Shown: piece by piece, positions 10,489-18,500 of the stretch
Layout of the letters: each line of letters begins with the position of its first letter
Position numbering within the stretch: position 1 is the stretch's first letter
Assembly: GCA_963558405.1 (NCBI GenBank)
Contig: CAUWGC010000019.1
Coordinates: forward strand, 1-33,570
Length of the DNA stretch: 33,570 nucleotides
Reading direction: 5' to 3'
Source of the DNA: an uncultured Clostridia bacterium
GTDB taxonomy: Bacteria > Bacillota > Clostridia > TANB77 > CAG-508
Made by a program: the position numbers and the translations under genes
Notes under the pieces: generated by a model
The model's input: only the letters and a program-made list of their open reading frames with translations
The model's database searches: none
What the model was told of the DNA's origin: nothing

Positions 10489-11088
10489 ATGAATAACAAC
10501 AAAACCTCTAATTTAGGTATGTGGATTGTGCTATCTGTTTTTGCATTTCTCATTATATTTATTGTATGGTTACTATCTTCTTTGATAATTTCCTACAATA
10601 ATCTTGTAGATACGGAGGAAAATGTGAATTTAGCTTTTGCTAATGTGCAAAACGTTATGCAAAGTCGAATCGAAAAAATACCCGACTTAGTAAAAGTAAC
10701 AGATGAGGCAGCTAATCATCTGGAAACCATTTACTCAGATATTGCTAAAAATAGAGCTTCACTTAATGCTGCATCCACTCCTGAAAAGTTAGATGAAGCA
10801 AATATTGAACTTACTAAAAATATCAATCAGTTTCTTGCTGTTGTTGAAAGTTATCCTACAATAACTGCAAGCGAACAGTACACTGCTCTTATGGATTCCA
10901 TAGAGGGAGCTAGCAATCGTATTACTATAGCTCGAGAACTATATAATACGGAGGTAAACAAATACAACCGTTTAATTAAAAGATTTCCTGGCTTATTGAT
11001 TGCAGATTTCTTTGGTTTTGAAGAAAAAGAATTGTTCAAAGCTGACGAGGAAGCCAATAATAGCAGTATAGTTGATTTTGGTAGCTAA
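10489..11088 (+). CDS. lemA: LemA family protein
   Basis: N-terminal TM, YNNLV, RIEKIPDLV, VESYPTI, SNRITIARELYN, FPGLLIADFFGF; adjacent to a TPM gene as is usual. Confidence 0.93.
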   Translation: MNNNKTSNLGMWIVLSVFAFLIIFIVWLLSSLIISYNNLVDTEENVNLAFANVQNVMQSRIEKIPDLVKVTDEAANHLETIYSDIAKNRASLNAASTPEKLDEANIELTKNINQFLAVVESYPTITASEQYTALMDSIEGASNRITIARELYNTEVNKYNRLIKRFPGLLIADFFGFEEKELFKADEEANNSSIVDFGS

Positions 11089-11103
11089 AATAGAATAATG
11101 TTT

Positions 11104-11145
11104 AAAAGAACGCTGGGTAAGCAACTGCTTTCCCAGCATTCTTTT
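11104..11145 (+). terminator. Intrinsic terminator after lemA
   Basis: AAAAGAACGCTGGG...CCCAGCATTCTTTT imperfect stem with inner AAGCA/TGCTT pairing. Confidence 0.75.
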
Positions 11146-11186
11146 GTTAATATATTTTTCATATTTAATTTTTTTCAAAAATTCTA

Positions 11187-11216
11187 TTGACAAATTAAGT
11201 TTGCTTATGCTAATAT
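11187..11216 (+). promoter_or_regulatory. Promoter for tRNA-Leu
   Basis: TTGACA-18 nt-TAATAT with TG extension, 13 nt before the tRNA. Confidence 0.6.
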
Positions 11217-11229
11217 ATATATTGTTAAT

Positions 11230-11313
11230 GCGGATGTGGCGGAACTGGCAGACGCGCTGGTCTTAGGAACCAGTGCCAACGGCGTGGAGGTTCGAGTCCT
11301 CTCATCCGCACCA
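11230..11313 (+). tRNA. tRNA-Leu (anticodon TAG)
   Basis: Acceptor GCGGATG/CATCCGC + ACCA, anticodon arm CTGGT-CTTAGGA-ACCAG, long variable arm, T-loop GTTCGAGT. Confidence 0.97.
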
Positions 11314-11347
11314 AAAAGGGAGTTGTTTACAAATCAACTCTCTTTTT
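11313..11347. terminator. Bidirectional terminator between tRNA-Leu and the convergent filament locus
   Basis: AAAAAGGGAGTTG...CAACTCTCTTTTT. Confidence 0.75.
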
Positions 11348-11897
11348 ATTTTATAATTTTATTATTTTTACTCTTATTCTTTTTTATTACATAAATAGTT
11401 TGAACTACTATTGAAATGATTATAAATAAAAAAATTAATTTCATTTGCATAACTTTTGCAAAAATACCTAATATTGGAATACTATTTTCTACTTTTCCTA
11501 TTATTTTTTTATTTTCAATTTCTTCAATATTATTATATAAATTATTATCTCCTTTAGTAATAAAATGTACCTTACCATCTATATTACTTATATTATTTAT
11601 TCTTTGTATTTTAATTTGATTATTATATTCATATACAATTATATCGTTTATGTAATATTTGTCATTTTTATTTGCTATAATTAAATCATTTCTTTTTATA
11701 TCAGGATACATCGATTTATCATTATATGTATGTATTGTAATATTCCCAAATCTTATATATTGTTTTTGTGTAAAAAAATTATATATATTGTATATTATAC
11801 TATATATTAGAAGAAATATTATAAATATGTAAAAAGCTATTTTAATTATTCTTTTTAGAAGCTTATATATAATTTCACTTATTCTTCTCTTCTTCAA
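11346..11897 (-). CDS. SipW-like (S26) signal peptidase paralogue, catalytic His replaced
   Basis: TM - KSMYP..NDLII - KIQRI (normally THRV) - TKGDNN..IIGKV - TM; TTG start overlapping the upstream gene. Confidence 0.8.
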   Translation of the reverse strand: MKKRRISEIIYKLLKRIIKIAFYIFIIFLLIYSIIYNIYNFFTQKQYIRFGNITIHTYNDKSMYPDIKRNDLIIANKNDKYYINDIIVYEYNNQIKIQRINNISNIDGKVHFITKGDNNLYNNIEEIENKKIIGKVENSIPILGIFAKVMQMKLIFLFIIISIVVQTIYVIKKNKSKNNKIIK

Positions 11898-12444
11898 TTT
11901 TTCTTTTCATTCTCCTTTTTTCTTTTTTTTCATTTTTTGTTATTGTATATAAGCAAATTAATAAAAAAATGAGCATCATAATTAATAGTATTATTTTATC
12001 CTGCATTTGTTTTGCTAATTTACCCAAATATGGTATTTTTATTATTACTTTTCCTTTTATATTTTCAATTCTTGTTACTTTTTTGTCTTGAGCATTGTTA
12101 TTATCGCCTTTAGTAATATATTCTTTTATTTCATCTTTTTCTACAATATCTATTACTCTATGTGTATTTGTTATTCCTTCCTGTTCAAATGTAATTATAT
12201 CGTCTTTTTCTATATTATCTTGTTTTTTTATTATAATAACATCTCCTATTTTAAGTTCTGGAAACATACTATCTGATGTTATTATATATGCTTGATATCC
12301 TAAAATACCTTTATTATTTTGAATTGAAGTAATCCATAATAAAATTACATTATACAAAATTATTATAAAAAATATTAATATTGTTACCTTTATTATTTTT
12401 GCATATTTTTTTCTTTTTACTATAGAATCTATATCGTATTTCAT
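11875..12444 (-). CDS. SipW-type signal peptidase I (S26), intact dyad
   Basis: SDSMFPELKIGDVII, THRV, TKGDNNN..D, GKV; start reassigned to ATG 12444 (MKYDID), which has RBS AGGAAGG and avoids overlap with the giant gene. Confidence 0.9.
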   Translation of the reverse strand: MKYDIDSIVKRKKYAKIIKVTILIFFIIILYNVILLWITSIQNNKGILGYQAYIITSDSMFPELKIGDVIIIKKQDNIEKDDIITFEQEGITNTHRVIDIVEKDEIKEYITKGDNNNAQDKKVTRIENIKGKVIIKIPYLGKLAKQMQDKIILLIMMLIFLLICLYTITKNEKKEKRRMKRKIEEEKNK

Positions 12445-12502
12445 TTTTACCTTCCTATGTATTAATTTATAATGTAAGACAGGTAGTTTTTCCTGTCTTA
12501 CA

Positions 12503-15500
12503 TTATTTAATAACAAAATTTTCGTAGTCTTCACCTATGTAATTTTCTTCATCATATAATTTATAAACTATTCTATATGTTCCTGTTTTCAGATTATTTT
12601 TTAATGTTAAAAATCTTATACTTTCTCCTGATGGATTTGTTGTTAATATATATTCTTTTTCATTATGTGCTTTAGTTAATAAATCTGATACATATTCAGA
12701 TAAATCTACTAACTCATATTCCATAGAGTAAATTTCTGTATACTTTCTTCTATATAAAGAAACAGTTATTTGTGGTTTTTCTAGTCCAGAAGAATATTCT
12801 AAATGTGTCATAAACGAATTATTTCCATTTAATGTATTCCCTGTTTGACTATCTATTACTTTATAATTGTCTGTTGTATATAGGTTTAATCCAAAAGATG
12901 AATTTATAATTGTTATTTTAACATTTGTTTGTGCCGATGATTCCAATCCGTAGTAAATACCATCTGGAGAACCAAATGATTCTATTTTAATTGTATATGT
13001 TCCTGTTGCCAAAGTTGAATTGTTTTCGGTATTTATCTTTATTCTTGATAAAACATTAGAAACTTTATCTGCAATTTTTATTCTAGTTGTTCCGTCTATT
13101 CTTGGATAATATTTTTGTCCATCTATTTCAAAGTTTATTCCAAATAAACTATCAAGTGCTAATTGATTACCTTTGTTGTCAAAAATGGTAATTTTGATTC
13201 CCATTTTTTGTTCAAAATATTCTGTATCATAAATTGTTTTTGAATCAACTATTTCTTGCTTAAAATCTGTTAGTACATCTAAATCTATCTTTTCTCCTAA
13301 GTATGCAGTATCTTTAATTTCTCCTGATATATCTATTTTTGAGTTCTTATTAGTATATACACTATATACCATAACATCTCTCTGAATTCCAAGTACTCCT
13401 AATAAAGTTTGATTTTTATTATTTCTAAGTTCCATTAATAAACTTTTATTTTCTACATTTTCTGTAATATTAGTTTCCGAGAATTTTATATGGAATATAA
13501 AATTTTCATATAATATATTTTGTTCTTCACTATAGTAACTATTTAGTGCTTGTGTTTCATTGTATTTTTCATCTGTACTTCCCATATAAATAAAATCTGA
13601 TAATCTATATTCAAATTTATTATTCTGTACATCTTCCGCGGTAATATCATAATAATATTCTTTTCCCTCTACCATATCTAACATTACAATTCTTGTATTT
13701 TCTGGAAAAACATAAGGCGTATTATTACTATCTCTTGAAACTAATACCCTATAATCTGTTGAAATATCATTATAATATTTACTATTTGAAAAATCATTTA
13801 AGTATAATGAATAATATGTAGAAAATGCACTTCTTCTTGTAATATTAGTTGTAGTTGATGTAAAAAGTCCATATTCTTCACCAGGTGTTATTGCGGCTTC
13901 ATAATAGTCATCTTGATGTAATGCTGTGGTCATAGTAATATTTATATCTATATATTTTATTTCATAATTTAAATCATCAACTGGTACAAGTGCTTGCAAC
14001 CTTATTTTTACATCACCTAATAATTTTTCAACAGTAATATTGGCAGAGTGATATAAGCAAAAGTTTAATGTTGGTGTAACTGTTGAATTGTCTGATTTAT
14101 AAGTACTATTTCCACTATATGATCCACCTTTTTCTGTTAAGAATATAGTTTCTCCCTGATTTTGCCATCCTCTATTTCCTGTTCCCATGTTTAGTCCAAA
14201 TACGTTATTTGCAATATCTTCATTTGGTGCTATTTTATCTATTTCATCTGGATTAACTAAACTTATTTCTTCATCTAAGCCCGCTGAAAATCCATTTAAA
14301 CTAAATATAGTATTAGGATTTGAAAATCCAACTAATGATAATTCATGTGTACCAAATGTAGCATATTTTGATGCAGATAGAGAAAATTCAAAAACTGTAA
14401 CATCCATTTTTTCTCCTACCATCCAAATATAATATACATCATTTTCTGGGGTAGTTTCTATATATTTCATTTTTATTTTTCCATCTTCATTATAATTAGT
14501 GTAAAATCCATCTATACTTGTATTATGATTTTCCATATGTTGAGCCCTAGCATATGAATTTGATGAAAATGTACCTACATTTGTTATTGTATCTCCATTT
14601 TGATAATTACTATTATATAAACCTGTACTTGTACTTGGATTCATTTTGTTTGTAAATAAACCTAAAAAAATCATTCCATGTACTTGTCCATAAGCAGTAA
14701 CTTGTTCATTTGTTGCTATATTTAAATTTTTTCCTTCTGCCATATATATTCTATTATCTACATTTCTTGTTACAGTATTAGTTTCTTCATTTATTGTAAC
14801 TTCTCCTTTTGTTTCTACATTATTTATATCAACTAAACTATCCAATTCCTTTAATAAATTTGCACCATAATTTAAATAAAATGTTGAATTATTTTTTAAT
14901 TTTACTTTGTCCACTCTACTTAAAGTAAAATATTCATCAGAATATTCATTAGTTCTATCTGTTGCTCCTGATAATGCTATAGCAGAATTACTAACAGTTA
15001 AACAATTTGTTCTTTGAATTGATATATTACTTTTAGGCTTATCTGATGTACCATAATTTTTTATATCAATATAACTTTCACCGCTTGTACTAGATGCATT
15101 TCCAGAACCAAATATACTTCCATCTATATCAAATTTTTCATGCCCTTCTCCATCTATTTGTATATTAATTCCATTTGTTACACTTATAAATGAAAAGTCA
15201 TATATCTCTGAGCCTGATTCATTAGCTTCTCCTCCTCCAAAAACAGTACCTTTTATATATACATTTCCTTTTTCTAAAGAAGGATTGTTTACTGTATTAT
15301 ATCCTACATTGGTGTTTGTTACACCATATACTACTGAAGTATTAGCTCCTCCATATACATTTCCACCAATTGATCCAGAAACAATATTTACAGTACTTAT
15401 AGATTTTTTTTCTTCTTCTGTTCCTGTTGGAGCTTTATTTCCTCCTCCAAATACGCTTTTTACAATATTAGTATCTTTACCATCAATTGTTAGATTTGTA

Positions 15501-18500
15501 TTTCCATATACTACTGCTGTACTTCCATTTCCACCAGAGTATAAACTATTTCCTAATTTTGAATTTTTAACATGCACATATGTATTTCCTTGGACTACAC
15601 CTTCATTTCCTCCACCATATACATTTTGCATTACTTCTGCATTTTCTATGGTTAGATTAGTATCGGTATTTACTCCTGCTCTATTTCCACCACCATATAC
15701 GCTTCCACTTACAGTTCCATTTATAATTACTTTTGTATAATTGGTTGTTGCTTGATCTCCTCCACCATATACATTTGTTATATTACCTGAAGTAATTGTA
15801 ACATTTGAATTTGTTGTACTACCTCCTTGATTATTTCCACCATATACATTTTGAGCTGTTCCATTATTGGTTATAACATAACTATTATCTACTGTACCCG
15901 AAGTGTTAGAACCACCAAATATGTTTTCAGCAGTTGCACCATCCAAATTGATATTTGATGTATTTACATTTGCTGCATAACCACCACCATAAATTGCTGG
16001 AATTGTATTATCAGATTTTTGTAATTTTATATTGCTGGTTTGAGAATCAGCTTTATTTCCTCCTCCATATATTGCAGTTAATATTTTTCCTCCATTTACA
16101 TTTATATTTGTTGTAATAGTGGTTCCACCCATATTGTTTCCGCCATACACATTTTCAATATTACCAGCTGTTATTTGTACATTACTTTGATTTATTATTC
16201 CATCTGTATTAGAGCCACCATATACATTTTGAGCATTTCCACCTTGACAATATATATTTGGATTTAGAACAGCTGCCATATTTCCTCCTCCAAATATATT
16301 TGGAATGAAGTTACTTGATTTAATTAAATAGATTTCTGCATTTTCTGTGTCTACTTTGTTTCCTCCTCCATATACTGCAGATGTAATCTCTCCTCCATTT
16401 ATGGTTATTTTCGCTTGTTTTGTAGTTCCACCTATATTATTTCCGCCATAAATAGTTTCTGCACTTCCTGATATAGATTCTATATTACTATTTTGTACTG
16501 TACCTGTTTGATTAGATCCACCGTATATGTTAGATGTATTTCCTCCTTTTATATATACATTAGTTGTATTAACACTAGCGGAATTTCCACCTGCATATAT
16601 TTCTTTTGTATAGCCTCCATTTATATTAATGTTTGATGTAGTTGCATTAGCTCTATCTCCACCACCAAATATTCTGTTGTTAGTACCACCATTAATAATA
16701 ATATTAGTACTTCCTTCAACAATTCCAACGTTGCCTCCTCCATATATGTCTCCAGTATGATTTCCTCCTGTTATATTTATATTAGTTGTTCCTTCTGTTT
16801 TAGCAATGTTGCCTCCTCCGTATATATTAGAGTTAACATCGCTTGCAACAACAATATTTGATATACCTTTTAATTTTGCCATATTATCAAATCCAGAAAT
16901 ACCAGCTCCTGCACCAAATACTTGTCCATTTATTTTTGGATTACCTTCTATTCTTATGTTAGAATTACCTTCCATTTGGGCTAAATTTGGTTTGTTAGAA
17001 TAATTATATCCACATCCTGAAGCATATATATTTCCATTTATTGTTGCTGAACCAGAAATTAGTATATTACTATCTCCATATAGAGAACCACCATCATTAG
17101 CTGTAACATTAGAATTTAAATACTCTGTATAACCATATCCTCCTCCATATATATTTCCTTGTACTTCTCCACCATATACATTTATATTTACAGAAGTTTC
17201 AAATGATTGCCCATAATTTTTGAACTTATCGGAAGAATTGACACTATATCCTGTTACGCCACCAGCTCCTGCTCCATAAATATTTCCAGTTATTCTGCCA
17301 GATGTTATATTTACAGTTATTGTTCCATAAAAATATGAATCACAAATATTTCCTGTCTCATTTTGGTTTACATTTCCATTATTATCAATTACTCCCATGT
17401 TTCTTCCTAAACATCCACCATATAATTCTGCTATTGTTCCTCCTGTTATATTTATGGTTGTTGTACCTAAAAATGTGTTGTTTGGATAATTCCATGGTTT
17501 AGGATCCCACCAACTTCCTTCTGTTGGTATGTTTTGTGAATCACCTATACTTCCTCCTAGCACACGTCCAACCATTCCATTTTTTATATTTTCTGTAACT
17601 CTGGAATAATTATTTCCACATGCAGAACCTCCAGTTAATAAATTAACATCATAATCATATCTTGAATGATCTGTTGTACTGTTTTTTATGTCTATAGTTA
17701 TATCAACTTTAAAACTGTCTTCCATTGATGAACCCATAAAATCATGTGAAGTTGTTTGACCTTGACCACTTGCTGTACCTGGACTTCCACCACCTATAAT
17801 TCTTGCATATGTACCACTTTTTATAAGTATTTCTGAATTGTTTCTAGGTAATTTAGTATAATTATATTGTAACCATCCACATATAATATGAAAAGCTGGT
17901 GCTCTTCCACCTAATAAACCCTGATTTTGGTTTGAATTTGCATAACTTGTCATAGTTATGCCTTCGCCCATTGTTAAACTATATCCTTGTAAATAAAAAT
18001 ATAATTGATTGTTTCCACCATAAAAATCTAAATATTGAAATGTAGTATCTGCTGTAAGATATCTATATGAATTTGTACCACCATAAAAATATAATGTTGA
18101 ATCATAATCTATTCCACCATAGATTCCTGTTATTGTTGCTTTTTTATTATATGTTGAACTTGAATTAGAGTTAAAGAAACTTGTGTTATCATATGTTCCC
18201 ATAATTACAATAATATTTTGACTTACGTCATAATTACTATTTAATTTACTATATGCTGTACTTATAGTTTCTACTGCAGTTTGAGGCGTGTATCCATCAT
18301 TATAATCATTTCCATTATTATAATCAACGTAAATAACTTTTCTGTCTCCATATATAAAAGATCCTTCAACGTTTAACGTATAATTTGAGTTATTTGTTGC
18401 AATTAATTTATATTCTTGTCCTCTTTTTAAATTTTCTAAAGTTAAAGATGTAGCATTTTCTATAGTTTCTTGTGATATTCCCGCAATGTCTACACTATAC

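Noticed and set aside
11230-11350. Filament locus as an island integrated at tRNA-Leu
   Set aside because: No integrase and no duplicated tRNA 3' end seen in the window; composition looks native
12445-12534. Track N-terminal extension of the 11875 SipW (likewise 23740-23772 for the major pilin)
   Set aside because: Better RBS-supported downstream ATGs; the extensions overlap the adjacent gene or leader region
15090-17810. Periodic CCACC/CCTCC pattern resembling a CRISPR or DNA repeat array
   Set aside because: It is the reverse complement of Gly-Gly codons in protein repeats; no identical repeats or cas genes
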